A stretch of 64,000 bases of DNA from a virus. Taxonomy: Duplodnaviria; Heunggongvirae; Uroviricota; Caudoviricetes. The notes under the pieces were generated by a model. That model was not told where the DNA came from. It saw only the letters and a program-made list of their open reading frames with translations, and made no database searches. Numbering within the stretch: position 1 is the stretch's first letter; each line of letters opens with the position of its first letter. The stretch spans positions 1 through 64,000 of the IMG/VR virus record IMGVR_UViG_3300012016_000001, one strand, 5' to 3'. Both the position numbers and the translations under genes were made by a program. Shown here one piece after another: positions 35,349 to 45,921 of the stretch.

Positions 35349-35930
35349 GTGGAAACTGTCTCAATGAAAGTAAGCAATTTTATTCATGTTAATGGTCTAG
35401 AGATACTAGACCAAATATTTGACGAAGAACATAACGATTTTGAACTGGAAGAGGTAATTGAAGATGTATATAAGATGATGACTTATAAAGCTAGTAATAT
35501 GCAAATTATGACCGTCAAAAAAGGTTTCTATAAATCTAGAGAAAAGACTGATGGTTATATGAATTTTGGAGATAATTTTTATGGACTGCAAGAAGTCAAA
35601 AGAAAAGTAACCAATACTAAGAACCAATATAAAAAGCAATTATTACAATCTCTTAGGTATTTATGGTTATATAGGAATGACCCTTCTATAAAGGTATTTA
35701 TACTAAATTCTGAGAAATTTTATGTATATGTACTTAGAGAGGATATAGAGGATTTAATAAATGCTCTTGCTCCTTTATTTGCTAAGTCTACTAAGTCAGC
35801 TTGTAGAACTTGGGATGATATAGATTTAAGAGTTACAATTCAGAAATGGAATGTCCCTTTTCATTCTGTATTATTAAGGGATTTATCTTTAGATACTACA
35901 CTAAAAGAAATTTGTAAACAAATAGCATGA
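35349..35930 (+). CDS. hypothetical protein
   Basis: 193-aa ORF. Confidence 0.45.
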   Translation: METVSMKVSNFIHVNGLEILDQIFDEEHNDFELEEVIEDVYKMMTYKASNMQIMTVKKGFYKSREKTDGYMNFGDNFYGLQEVKRKVTNTKNQYKKQLLQSLRYLWLYRNDPSIKVFILNSEKFYVYVLREDIEDLINALAPLFAKSTKSACRTWDDIDLRVTIQKWNVPFHSVLLRDLSLDTTLKEICKQIA

Positions 35931-36637
35931 TTACTAGAGATGAAGTACTGATTAGAGCAAGTATGGATTGCTTAAAAGATCTTTATAAGTTAGCACAACC
36001 ATCCGTAGATTGGGATGACTTTATGCAAGAGAATAAAGAATATGCTATAAAGTATAAAGAGTGGGATGATTGGAAAATTAAGAAAGTACCTCATCCAGAA
36101 TGGGAAGGCAAGTCTATGATAGAAATTCTTGGACCTCGTCCTTATGAGTTTCATTACCTTCCCAAAGATATAATGAAAGAAATAACAGACTCTTATGTTA
36201 GAGCTTATAGAATAGATACACAACAAGAACTTCTTAATACAATAGAAATCTTGAAAAGTTATTGTAAAGATACTATCATAGATAAATATATAGATGAACA
36301 TATTGATGAAAGTGGAAATTGGCATCCTGGATATAGAGGTTATGAACATCCTGATAATTTAGAAAAAGAACTATATCAAGTGCTTAAAGAATATTTTGAT
36401 GATTCTGAAACCGATACAAATGTTGTTGCTAAAGAATTACAAGATAAATTCTTTGGATTTCTTGATATGGCAGGGAAGTTTTATAGTTGGAATAGAGACT
36501 TGAATGCCTTTAATACTACTGTTTACTTAGGTCCAAGTCCAAGTTCTAACAAACAAGCTGTTATAGATAATTGGAAGAAATATAGAAATAAAGATATTAC
36601 TATAGATGACTCTATTTATGAAAATGAAGAGGAATAA
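35927..36637 (+). CDS. hypothetical protein
   Basis: 236-aa ORF. Confidence 0.5.
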   Translation: MITRDEVLIRASMDCLKDLYKLAQPSVDWDDFMQENKEYAIKYKEWDDWKIKKVPHPEWEGKSMIEILGPRPYEFHYLPKDIMKEITDSYVRAYRIDTQQELLNTIEILKSYCKDTIIDKYIDEHIDESGNWHPGYRGYEHPDNLEKELYQVLKEYFDDSETDTNVVAKELQDKFFGFLDMAGKFYSWNRDLNAFNTTVYLGPSPSSNKQAVIDNWKKYRNKDITIDDSIYENEEE

Positions 36638-37416
36638 TGGAAGTAACTATTGAACAACTATTACAGGGAAAAGGAACCCTTATTAAGAACAAGGAGTATT
36701 GGCCTACTGAGGCTTATGTATCTCCCTTTATAAAGAGATTACAACCTATAATAAAGAAATTTGAAATAAAGGTGGAAACTCCATCTCAAATTACTCTTAC
36801 TCAGGATGGTCAAATAAATACTAAAGATATAACCTATAATAGAGTTTGGATTCAAGGTGTACTTCCAGATGAATATCAAATTGATAACCATGATGATGTA
36901 ATTGGTATGGTTTATGGTCTTGATGTTCGTAAACCTGTCGTTAAGTTTTATAGAGGAGGACTTAACAGGGCTTGTACCAACTTATGTGTATTTAATCCAG
37001 ATTCGTTAGTAGTTAGAGAACTTAAAAATGAAGAAGCAATAGACTTTAGACCTGTAGATGCCCTTATTAAGCAAGCTAATGAACTAAAGGTATTTTTACA
37101 GAAATTACATAGTACAACATTCTCTAGAGATCCTCAGAACCTTAACGAGCACCTGGGTCTATGGATGAGAAGGTCTTGGTCTATGGAATATAATAATGGA
37201 GTATCTAAAGCGTCTCTTGCATCTAGTGTAGTAGAAGGAGCATTTAAACTTTTGTTTGAGAAAGAAGACTCTGATTACTTTGTTTCTCCAAATGAAAATA
37301 CTAATATGTTTAATGTTTATAATGCTTTTACTCAACTTATATCTAATGACAGAGACAAGGATATAATGAATAAAGTAGAGAAGACTTTATTACTTAAAAG
37401 CATTCTGGATGTATGA
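36637..37416 (+). CDS. hypothetical protein
   Basis: 259-aa ORF. Confidence 0.5.
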   Translation: MEVTIEQLLQGKGTLIKNKEYWPTEAYVSPFIKRLQPIIKKFEIKVETPSQITLTQDGQINTKDITYNRVWIQGVLPDEYQIDNHDDVIGMVYGLDVRKPVVKFYRGGLNRACTNLCVFNPDSLVVRELKNEEAIDFRPVDALIKQANELKVFLQKLHSTTFSRDPQNLNEHLGLWMRRSWSMEYNNGVSKASLASSVVEGAFKLLFEKEDSDYFVSPNENTNMFNVYNAFTQLISNDRDKDIMNKVEKTLLLKSILDV

Positions 37417-37733
37417 TTAACTTTCTTATTCTTTACTTTTGCAATTTAGTCTTAGATTATCCCTTACAAGGTACTTTCTTAGCTGAGTATAAATGTAAAA
37501 ACAATTATATTTTGTTTGTACATTGTGCCATATGGGCATTAGGACTATCCATAGTTCTTATTCCACTTGGATTATTTGCTTGGTGGAAAGTGGTAATGTT
37601 ATTAGTAGGTCATTATGTTATTGACTATTGGAAATGTAGAGGACTTTATAAAAAATGGAATATAAAAGATTGGACATCATTGTATATTGATCAAGCATTA
37701 CACGTAGGACAACTCCTATTGTGTTTATTTTGA
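37413..37733 (+). CDS. small integral membrane protein
   Basis: Three hydrophobic segments in 106 aa. Confidence 0.45.
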   Translation: MINFLILYFCNLVLDYPLQGTFLAEYKCKNNYILFVHCAIWALGLSIVLIPLGLFAWWKVVMLLVGHYVIDYWKCRGLYKKWNIKDWTSLYIDQALHVGQLLLCLF

Positions 37734-37773
37734 TCTTGAGAATTACATAATTATTTATTATATTTAATATCTT

Positions 37774-39573
37774 GTGTTAAATATGGAAATAATGAAAGTA
37801 ATTAAACGTGATGGAAAATTGGAGGAATTTGATGCCTCTAAAATAAAGGCAGCTATTAGGGCTGCCTTTAAAAGTGCAGATGAAGAATTTGACGAAGAAT
37901 TAATAGATGATATATTCAATGATCTTCCTTTATGGGATGAAATGACTATTGATTCTATAGAAGATCAAATAATTGAAGTTCTGAATGACTTTAACTATGA
38001 AAATGTAGCTAGAGAGTATCTATTCTATAAATGGGAACACCAGAAAGCTCGTAATTTAGCAGAGAGCAAGAGGTCCTTTATAGAAAGATATAAAGAAGCT
38101 ACTAATACTGCAAATGCTACTATAGATGACAATAGTAATGTCGGGAATAAGAATATAGGTATACTTAATGCAGAAGGCCACAAGACTGAGAATATTTTAG
38201 TTAGTAGGGCAATGATAAAGAGTAAACTTAAAAGCTTGTTTCTTGACTTTGATGCTAAACAGTATGTAAGAGACTTGAAAAGTCATATAATTTATAAGCA
38301 TGACGAGTCTAGTTTTATGGGTGCTATTGCTCCTTACTGCTGTTCTATATCTATGTATCCTTTCCTCATAGGAGGAATAAAGGGTATAGGTGGTCTTTCT
38401 GCAGCTCCTAAGAATCTTGATAGTTATTGTGGAATGTATGTTAATCTTATATTTGCAATAGCTGGGCAGTTTGCTGGAGCAGTTGCTACTCCTGAATTTT
38501 TATTGTATTTTGACTATTTTGCACGTAAACAATGGGGAGATTTATATTATCAAAAACCTAATGTTCAGACTACCAGTGATTATGTACTACGTAAAATGAC
38601 AATACAAAAGGAAATACATCAATATTTTCAACAAGTTATTTATAGTATTAATCAACCAGCAGCTGCAAGAGGTATGCAATCTGCATTTGTGAACTTTGCA
38701 TATTTTGATAAACCATTTTTTGAAGCAATGTTTGGAAATTTTGTATTTCCAGATATGTCTACTCCTAAGTGGGAATCTCTAAATTGGTTACAAAAAGAGT
38801 TTATGCGATGGTTTAATTCAGAAAGATGTAAATGTATTCTAACTTTCCCTGTAGAATCTTTTGCTCTTATTTATAAAGATGGTAAGTTCTTAGATGAGGA
38901 AAATGCAAAGTTTGTTGCAGAAGAATACTCTAATGGTCATAGCTTTTTTACATATATTTCTGATACTGCTGATAGTTTGTCTTCTTGTTGCCGCCTCAAA
39001 AACAAAGTGGATACAAAAGAATTTAACTTTACCAATGGAAACATGGGTGTGGAGACGGGCTCAAAGAGTGTTATAACTCTTAATTTAAATAGGATTATAC
39101 AAGATTGGTGTAAGTTTATAGGAGGAGTTCCGAAAGTGGGAAATCAATATGACAGTTTACGTCTTTATTTAAGAAATATTCTTCAAAGAGTATATAAATA
39201 TCATATAGCATATAATGAATGCTTATGGGATATGTATGATGCTGGATTACTTCCAGTTTATTCCAATGGATTTATATCTCTTAACAAGCAATATCTAACT
39301 ATCGGACTTAATGGACTTAACCAGGCAGCAGAATTCTTAGGCATTGAGTGTAATGTAAATCAAGAATATCAAGACTTCTGCCAAGCTGTATTCTCTATCA
39401 TAAAGGAAGCTAATTCTGAAGCTAATGGAAAATACTTTGGACACAAAGTTACATTTAATACTGAATGTGTCCCTAGACTCAGTGGGGACGTTAAACCTCT
39501 ATTGATTGACTTGGAAGCCCCTAGAGGGCAACAGGGCGCAAGCAGAAGCGTTTGTAAGTTTCGTGCAGCGTGA
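37774..39573 (+). CDS. nrdD: anaerobic ribonucleoside-triphosphate reductase NrdD (class III), exon 1 (the ORF runs on into the intron until a stop)
   Basis: N-terminal ATP-cone VIKRDGKLEEFDASKIKAAIRAAF, NrdD core and the FNTEC motif. The ORF lacks the C-terminal Zn-ribbon and glycyl-radical motifs, which are found in the ORF at 40502. Confidence 0.85.
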   Translation: MLNMEIMKVIKRDGKLEEFDASKIKAAIRAAFKSADEEFDEELIDDIFNDLPLWDEMTIDSIEDQIIEVLNDFNYENVAREYLFYKWEHQKARNLAESKRSFIERYKEATNTANATIDDNSNVGNKNIGILNAEGHKTENILVSRAMIKSKLKSLFLDFDAKQYVRDLKSHIIYKHDESSFMGAIAPYCCSISMYPFLIGGIKGIGGLSAAPKNLDSYCGMYVNLIFAIAGQFAGAVATPEFLLYFDYFARKQWGDLYYQKPNVQTTSDYVLRKMTIQKEIHQYFQQVIYSINQPAAARGMQSAFVNFAYFDKPFFEAMFGNFVFPDMSTPKWESLNWLQKEFMRWFNSERCKCILTFPVESFALIYKDGKFLDEENAKFVAEEYSNGHSFFTYISDTADSLSSCCRLKNKVDTKEFNFTNGNMGVETGSKSVITLNLNRIIQDWCKFIGGVPKVGNQYDSLRLYLRNILQRVYKYHIAYNECLWDMYDAGLLPVYSNGFISLNKQYLTIGLNGLNQAAEFLGIECNVNQEYQDFCQAVFSIIKEANSEANGKYFGHKVTFNTECVPRLSGDVKPLLIDLEAPRGQQGASRSVCKFRAA

Positions 39574-40501
39574 ACGACTAAGTATAGAGGCTCCTTAAGT
39601 TACTGCAGTGATGCAGTTCTTTTGGGAGATGCGATAGTCTGAACTCTATGGTAACATAGAGAGGAAATTTGAAGAAATTTCCCATCCAAACTTGTTTTCT
39701 CATAAAACACTTATTAAGTTTGTTCTATGTAATAAATGAAAATGTTATTTAAAATTTTTATGAAAATGGAACAAGAAGTACGTAAGTGTTGTATTTGTGG
39801 AGCGTCAGTAGGAAATGGAACTGACAAAGTTTACAAATTTTCAGATGGAAATATGTATTGCAAGAAGCACTATCTTCAGATGTATAGACATGGACATATA
39901 ATAGAAAGAACTATATATGATCCAAATGAATATATAGAATATGAAGATTATGCAGAATGTATATGTTATGATAAATCTGGAAATGAGAAAGGAAGAGTAA
40001 AAATAGATCTAGATAAAGTTTCTTTAATAAAAAAGCATAAAGTGTACATAAGAAAACAAAATGACAAAATTTATGCAGCGATTTCCATTGATAATAAAAA
40101 GGTAATGCTCCATAGATATTTAATGGAAATAATTAATGAAGAATATTCTATTAATAAAGTTGTTGATCATATAAATGGAGATTCTTTAGATAATAGGATT
40201 TCTAATTTAAGAATTTGTACACATAAACAAAATATGCAAAATATAAGAAAGAAAAATAAAATAGTAGGAGTATCTAAAAGTCCTAATAAAAATAATAGAT
40301 GGATTGCAAGAATAATGCATAATTATAAAACTATTAATTTAGGATATTTTGATACTTATGCAGAGGCCACTTTAGCTCGTATACAAAAAGAAAAGGAAAT
40401 CTGTGGAGAGTATGGGCCTAACAAGGATTTATTTTACGTTTTGGATCTCCCTTCTCCATTGGAAGAATTACAAAAATTTGTTCCAGAAGGGGTGTAACAG
40501 A
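39574..40501 (+). mobile_element. intervening sequence in nrdD (putative group I intron) encoding an HNH-AP2 homing endonuclease; exact splice sites not determined
   Basis: NrdD is split into two ORFs with an endonuclease gene between them. The non-coding flank 39574-39735 contains stable hairpins such as GGAAATTT-GAAG-AAATTTCC. This parallels the T4 nrdD group I intron. Confidence 0.5.
39736..40497 (+). CDS. HNH homing endonuclease with AP2 DNA-binding domain
   Basis: HNH motif HRYLMEII ... VDHINGDSLDNRISNLRICTHKQN. AP2-like motif GVSKSPNKNNRWIARIMHNYKTINLGYFDTYAEATLARIQ. Confidence 0.85.
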   Translation: MKMLFKIFMKMEQEVRKCCICGASVGNGTDKVYKFSDGNMYCKKHYLQMYRHGHIIERTIYDPNEYIEYEDYAECICYDKSGNEKGRVKIDLDKVSLIKKHKVYIRKQNDKIYAAISIDNKKVMLHRYLMEIINEEYSINKVVDHINGDSLDNRISNLRICTHKQNMQNIRKKNKIVGVSKSPNKNNRWIARIMHNYKTINLGYFDTYAEATLARIQKEKEICGEYGPNKDLFYVLDLPSPLEELQKFVPEGV

Positions 40502-40978
40502 ATGGCTGAAAGTTTAGCTGCTAAGAATTATAATTGGGATAAAGAAGATGGATATTGGGTACCTGAAGATACTAATCTATACGCATCTTATATATTTAAG
40601 CCTAATGATAAGTCTGTAAGTATTCTAGATAAAATTACATTACATGGTTCTAATTATATAGGAGATTATTTAGACGGAGGAAGTGCTGCACATATTAATC
40701 TAGCAGACCATCCTTCTTTCTTCCAAGCCTGGAAAATTCTAAATTTTGCAGCAGAACAAGGATGTCAGTATTTTACTTTTAATGTTCCTAATTCTGAGTG
40801 TCAAGATTGTGGATGGATAGGTAAAAAACCAGTAAAAGTATGTCCTAGATGTGGTTCTACGCATATAGATTACTATGATAGAATTATTGGTTATTTAACT
40901 AAAATACGTAATTGGGCAGATTGCCGTAAAATTGAACAAAAAACTAGAGTTTATGAAAAATTCGAAGATAGAGCCTGA
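40502..40978 (+). CDS. nrdD: NrdD exon 2 (C-terminal Zn ribbon and glycyl-radical domain)
   Basis: CQDCGW ... CPRCGS zinc ribbon and the glycyl-radical motif RIIGYLTKI. The open frame extends upstream to 40403, so the true splice acceptor lies within 40403-40560. Confidence 0.75.
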   Translation: MAESLAAKNYNWDKEDGYWVPEDTNLYASYIFKPNDKSVSILDKITLHGSNYIGDYLDGGSAAHINLADHPSFFQAWKILNFAAEQGCQYFTFNVPNSECQDCGWIGKKPVKVCPRCGSTHIDYYDRIIGYLTKIRNWADCRKIEQKTRVYEKFEDRA

Positions 40979-41070
40979 AGGAAAAACTCCTCCAGGCTTT
41001 TTTATTGGATGTCCAGAACAAGAGTTCTATTTAGAGATGAATAAAAGTAAAGCTAATAAAATAGAAGAAT

Positions 41071-41337
41071 ATGTTAACAGCTAAAGAAGCTAAGGATATA
41101 TCTGAAAATCCTATTTCTTGGTTAGAATCTCATATATTAAAAGAAGCTAGAAAAGGAAGAACTTCATTAGTTCTAGATTTTTCAATACCTCCGGAATATG
41201 AGAGTCTGCTAGGGAAACTAGGTTATACTGTTACACAAATTCAAGAAGATATATTTGGAGAAACTCCCTATGGATACACAGATGAAGTGATTAGTTGTAA
41301 ATTTAAAACAATTATACAATGGACGGATCCGAAGTAA
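41071..41337 (+). CDS. hypothetical small protein
   Basis: 88-aa ORF. Confidence 0.35.
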   Translation: MLTAKEAKDISENPISWLESHILKEARKGRTSLVLDFSIPPEYESLLGKLGYTVTQIQEDIFGETPYGYTDEVISCKFKTIIQWTDPK

Positions 41338-41660
41338 AGAGAAGAAGAAAGGAACTTGAACAATACTTTGAATCTCTTTATGATAAAGACAAAATCTTTA
41401 TAATAGAGAAAGCTAAAGAGTATTCCAACGGAAATAAAGAAATTGCTCAAGCATATCTAGATGGATATAAAGAGTCCATTAGAAATCCTCATACTCGTAT
41501 AATACGTTTAATAGTAATGTATACTCTTGACTATATTCCTTACTATAGAAAGATTCCTACTATTAAACATATAACTACTTGTATAAGAGATATATTTAGA
41601 AACAAACTGTACCCTAAGGAATCATTTAACGAAACAAATGAAGATTCTGATAATTCCTGA
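41319..41660 (+). CDS. hypothetical protein
   Basis: 113-aa ORF. Confidence 0.35.
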   Translation: MDGSEVKRRRKELEQYFESLYDKDKIFIIEKAKEYSNGNKEIAQAYLDGYKESIRNPHTRIIRLIVMYTLDYIPYYRKIPTIKHITTCIRDIFRNKLYPKESFNETNEDSDNS

Positions 41661-42375
41661 TGTACATGGCCGGAGATTCTGGAGAGAACCATGTGAAGAC
41701 ATGTCCCAATGGGATAAAGTAATATTCTTAGGAGATTATGTTGATCCTTATGAAGGAGAAGCTACTAAAAAAGATACTGTAGAAGAGCTTAAATCTATTA
41801 TAGCTCTTAAAGAGATATATAAGGATAAAGTAATATTACTCTGGGGAAATCATGACTTATTTTATTGGTGTAAACCGTACAGGGAAATGCTTGAGTACTG
41901 GTCCAGGCATGACTATAACAGACACGACGAGATACAAACCATTTTTAACCAAGCAAACAGCCTCTTTCAGTTTGCCTATTCGGAAGGTGACATATTATTT
42001 ACTCATGCAGGAGTAAACAATTCTTTTGCACGTTTCTTGGTAGATGATTGTGGATATGACTGTATAAATGCAAAGCATATTAATGATTACTTTGGTAAGG
42101 AAGAAAATCAAAAAGAACTTGCTAAAGTATCTATGTATAGGTGGGGACCAGATAGATATGGAAGTATAGTATGGAGTGATATTCGTGAAATTTATGGGCA
42201 AACCCCTTGTCTAGATTTAGAAGGTATATTCCAAATATTTGGGCATACATATGCAAAAACTTATATTATGACTAAATATTTCGCTATGCTTGACATGGGA
42301 AGAGAGTGGTTTCAACTGTTAGATGGAGTATTATTAGATAAGGATAATAATTTACTAAAAATTACAAAACTATGA
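41638..42375 (+). CDS. calcineurin-like metallophosphoesterase (Ser/Thr phosphatase family)
   Basis: Motifs IIPDVHG, FLGDYVD, WGNHD and FGHTY match the metallophosphatase signature. Confidence 0.75.
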   Translation: MKILIIPDVHGRRFWREPCEDMSQWDKVIFLGDYVDPYEGEATKKDTVEELKSIIALKEIYKDKVILLWGNHDLFYWCKPYREMLEYWSRHDYNRHDEIQTIFNQANSLFQFAYSEGDILFTHAGVNNSFARFLVDDCGYDCINAKHINDYFGKEENQKELAKVSMYRWGPDRYGSIVWSDIREIYGQTPCLDLEGIFQIFGHTYAKTYIMTKYFAMLDMGREWFQLLDGVLLDKDNNLLKITKL

Positions 42376-42743
42376 TTACTGGTATTGAAAATCTTCCACG
42401 TACAAAACAGAAGGCTGTTTTAGAATTTATTTCTTCAGAATTTGATCTTGATGAGGCTATAAAAATAGATGAAGAAGATGATGATATTATCTTAATTAAT
42501 GATAACAGATATTTTGTTATTCATCCTTATGAAGAAAATGAGTTAATAGATGATGTTAACGATAATAGATTTGAAGCTGCTTTTGAAAATCTATCTGAAG
42601 AACAAAGAAGTTATGTAGACAAAGATAAATGGATAGAGGACAAAGGTTTACAAGATTTTATAGACTACCTTAAATATGAACTAGATGAAATGCCATCTAA
42701 AGATTACTTAGTATTTGGTGGTTATCATTTCTATGAACTTTAA
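42372..42743 (+). CDS. hypothetical acidic protein
   Basis: 123-aa ORF, strongly acidic (DEEDDDIIL ...). Confidence 0.4.
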   Translation: MITGIENLPRTKQKAVLEFISSEFDLDEAIKIDEEDDDIILINDNRYFVIHPYEENELIDDVNDNRFEAAFENLSEEQRSYVDKDKWIEDKGLQDFIDYLKYELDEMPSKDYLVFGGYHFYEL

Positions 42744-43204
42744 TGAAGTTTACTGAATATGAAGTCGTTTTAAGGGAAATTCCTGACGAAATAACTTTAG
42801 CTATTAACATAAGTAATTGTCCTTTCCATTGTGAGGGTTGTCATAGCCCTCACTTATGGGAGGATGTAGGAATGAAACTAACTGCCCCTCTTTTATATCA
42901 AATGATTAAGAGGAATAATGGTATTACTTGTGTATCATTTATGGGAGGCCCATTTAAAGAAGTTAGTGTATGGTCGGACTGGATTCACAAAGTGTTTCCT
43001 GATTTAAAAACTGCATGGTATACTGGAGATTCTACTCTTCCCATATTTGAAAATTCATTAGATTATATAAAAGTAGGAAAATATATAAAAGACTTAGGTC
43101 CACTTAATAGTCCTACTACTAATCAAAGACTATATAAGATAGTTAAACTAGAAAGTGGATTTAAAGGAGTTATGAATATTACTCCACGTTTATGGAAAAA
43201 TTAG
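42743..43204 (+). CDS. nrdG: anaerobic RNR activating protein NrdG (radical SAM)
   Basis: NCPFHCEGCHSPHLW (Cx3Cx2C with a GCH.P context, as in T4 and E. coli NrdG). About 150 aa, located 1.8 kb downstream of nrdD. Confidence 0.7.
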   Translation: MKFTEYEVVLREIPDEITLAINISNCPFHCEGCHSPHLWEDVGMKLTAPLLYQMIKRNNGITCVSFMGGPFKEVSVWSDWIHKVFPDLKTAWYTGDSTLPIFENSLDYIKVGKYIKDLGPLNSPTTNQRLYKIVKLESGFKGVMNITPRLWKN

Positions 43205-43524
43205 AAATGCGATTAATTAAGCCTCTATATGTAAGTTCAAGATATGGATGGCATGAATTCATTCCATTTACAAATAGATGGGATGGACTTGGCGAAGAAA
43301 AACTTCGTCCTGACCAGCAAGAATTTATGATTCCAGAATCTTATTATAGGATAATAGGAGAAGATTTCACTGCTCCTGAATCTTTAGACTTAGACGGAGG
43401 CCCATTTATATCTATAGGAAGTATAATAGAAGATATATTTTATTCAAAAGATAATAGATACAGAATAGATAAATTTGATTGCCGTGGTAAATATCCAATA
43501 CTTATATGCAGCAAATTGCAGTAA
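43192..43524 (+). CDS. hypothetical protein
   Basis: 110-aa ORF. Confidence 0.4.
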   Translation: MEKLEMRLIKPLYVSSRYGWHEFIPFTNRWDGLGEEKLRPDQQEFMIPESYYRIIGEDFTAPESLDLDGGPFISIGSIIEDIFYSKDNRYRIDKFDCRGKYPILICSKLQ

Positions 43525-43641
43525 TTGACTATACATTAGGATGTATAGATATATATACTATTCCAAGGGAAGAAGATCCTCAAGAATGGTTAGACAAGAA
43601 TAATAAATGGAATCCTAGTAGTTGTGAATGGATAGGACACG

Positions 43642-45072
43642 ATGGTATTTTACCTATTACTATTCATGCTTGATTTTACTAAATTAACTGAAGAACTTAA
43701 GAAACCTAAAAGAGAATTTGAGCTTGGAGAAGAACAACTCCAGGCTCTTTCCCTTATTAAGGACTTTATAAAGAATAGTAAAGATATTGCTTTTTCCTTA
43801 TGTGGTTCTGCAGGAACTGGAAAAACAACGTTGGAAAAAGAAATAATAGATTTTCTAAATGATGAATGGATTGATTATTCATTATGCGCTCCAACACATA
43901 AAGCTGCATTAGTTATGCGTCAAACTACAAAAGAAGATGCTATTACTTTGCATAAGTTATTAGCATTATCTCCTAATGTTGAAATACTTGATTTAGACTT
44001 TAGAGAGTTACAATTTAAAACTTCTAGAGTAGTTAATGCTATAATTCCAAAAAGTGTAGTTATATGTGATGAAGCTTCAATGATTAATGATGATTTATTC
44101 GATCTTCTTATTCAAAAATGTTCAGATAAGAAAGCTAAGATTATATTTTTAAGTGATAGTAAGCAACTTAACCCTGTTAAAAGTAGAAAGTGTTCAAAAG
44201 TATATGATTTACCTAACCAGTTTGAGTTGACTCATATATATAGGCAAGCCCAGGAAAGTGCCCTTACACCGCTTCTAGCAAGGCTCAGAGAGCATAAACT
44301 AGGTCACCTGGACAGTAAGCAAGGTGAGGCAGGAAACCTCATTGTAACCTCTAATATGAAGGAATTTTTAGAGGCAGCTAAAGTGCAATTTTTGGAAGCA
44401 ATTGATACACGAAATATATTGCAAACTAAAATTGCTGCCTATACTAATACGAGAGTATCTCTCTTTAATCAAGCTATTCGTAACTTTTTATGGAATGATG
44501 AAGAGCCCTATCATAAGGGTGAATTTTTAACTTCTTACGAAAATGCTGATTTTGAAGGTACAATGTTCTATAACTCAATGGATTACGTAGTTGCAAATGA
44601 ACCTGAAGAAGTTACTACTGAACTTCCTCACTTCTATGCAAAGGTAAAAGGTTATCTTTTAGATTTATGGGATGCCTATGATAAATACACAAAAGAGTGT
44701 TTTATTCTATCTAAAGATAATCCAGAAATTGTTTTTGAACAATTAGCATCTATCCTTGAAGCGATAAGATTCAAAGCAATTGAATCCAAACAAACTAGTT
44801 CCTTTAAAGCCTCTTTATATTGGAAACAATATTATGAATTACTTCATAGTTTTGTGACTCCTATACCATTGGTTTATGAAGGGAGAGTTGTTAGAAAGAA
44901 GTCTTTTGATTACGGTTATGCTTCTACTTCACATAAGTTACAAGGTTCCACTTATAATACGATATTCGTAGATTTAAGGAATATTAATACTTGTACTGAT
45001 GAAGCTGTTAAAAAACAATTACAATATGTAGCTTTATCTAGGACTAGAACTGATGCTTATGTATTACAATGA
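43642..45072 (+). CDS. Dda/RecD-like superfamily-1 DNA helicase
   Basis: Motif I LCGSAGTGKTT, motif II VICDEASMIN, C-terminal motif TSHKLQGST (as in TVHKSQGSE of RecD/Dda). Confidence 0.75.
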   Translation: MVFYLLLFMLDFTKLTEELKKPKREFELGEEQLQALSLIKDFIKNSKDIAFSLCGSAGTGKTTLEKEIIDFLNDEWIDYSLCAPTHKAALVMRQTTKEDAITLHKLLALSPNVEILDLDFRELQFKTSRVVNAIIPKSVVICDEASMINDDLFDLLIQKCSDKKAKIIFLSDSKQLNPVKSRKCSKVYDLPNQFELTHIYRQAQESALTPLLARLREHKLGHLDSKQGEAGNLIVTSNMKEFLEAAKVQFLEAIDTRNILQTKIAAYTNTRVSLFNQAIRNFLWNDEEPYHKGEFLTSYENADFEGTMFYNSMDYVVANEPEEVTTELPHFYAKVKGYLLDLWDAYDKYTKECFILSKDNPEIVFEQLASILEAIRFKAIESKQTSSFKASLYWKQYYELLHSFVTPIPLVYEGRVVRKKSFDYGYASTSHKLQGSTYNTIFVDLRNINTCTDEAVKKQLQYVALSRTRTDAYVLQ

Positions 45073-45204
45073 TAGCTACTATTAATGTAAGTGAAGACAT
45101 ATTAAAAAGATTTAAAGGTTTTGAAATTCACTCATACTATGATAACTTTAGTATACCTATAGCTTATATAGAAGAAGCTGGACAGATAAAATTCATAATT
45201 TACA

Positions 45205-45495
45205 ATGCCGATTATGATAGAATTAGTGCTTGTATCAAAAAACTTAGAGGATGAACAGAAAGTCTTGTCTAGAGAATCTCCTAGCGGGTATTATTTTTCT
45301 TTTCTTGATCTTGGCTCTAAGTTATGCAGGACTGATGCTTTTGCATTAAAAAGTGAGTGGGGAGCAAGAGAAGACCCGTTTGCCTTAGTAAAAGATAAAG
45401 ATAAAGTACTTAGATGTTTTTATAGCGAAAAAGGTAATAATGTAATAGATGAGGCTTTAGAATTTATAAAATGTTTACAGGAAAGTTATGATTGA
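45205..45495 (+). CDS. hypothetical small protein
   Basis: 96-aa ORF. The overlapping 45069-45254 ORF is an alternative. Confidence 0.3.
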   Translation: MPIMIELVLVSKNLEDEQKVLSRESPSGYYFSFLDLGSKLCRTDAFALKSEWGAREDPFALVKDKDKVLRCFYSEKGNNVIDEALEFIKCLQESYD

Positions 45496-45919
45496 AGTTC
45501 TTGTTAAAAAAGATGACTCTATTGAGTATCCAAAGTATGAAACTCCTCAAAGTGCTGGAGCTGATCTTAGAAGTAAAATAGATACAATCGTACCTGCTAA
45601 TGGCAGAGTATTAATTCCAACTGGACTATTTATTACTTTGCCAAATGGTTATGAAGCACAAGTAAGACCTCGTAGTGGCTTAGCTCTTAAAAAAGGAATT
45701 ACAGTACTTAATACTCCAGGTACTATAGATGCTGATTATAGAGGAGAAGTAGGAGTTATTCTATTTAATACTACAAATAAAGATTTCCCTGTAGCAAAAG
45801 GAGATAGAATTGCTCAATTAGTCCTTAATAAGGTAGAACAGATTAAATGGATTGAAGTGAACGAACTGGATAAAACAGAACGTGGAGATGGTGGTTTTGG
45901 TTCAACTAAAATTAAGTAA
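45488..45919 (+). CDS. dut: dUTP pyrophosphatase (dUTPase)
   Basis: All five dUTPase motifs are present: [31 protein letters not shown] and [10 protein letters not shown]. Confidence 0.95.
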   Translation: MIEVLVKKDDSIEYPKYETPQSAGADLRSKIDTIVPANGRVLIPTGLFITLPNGYEAQVRPRSGLALKKGITVLNTPGTIDADYRGEVGVILFNTTNKDFPVAKGDRIAQLVLNKVEQIKWIEVNELDKTERGDGGFGSTKIK

Positions 45920-45921
45920 TT

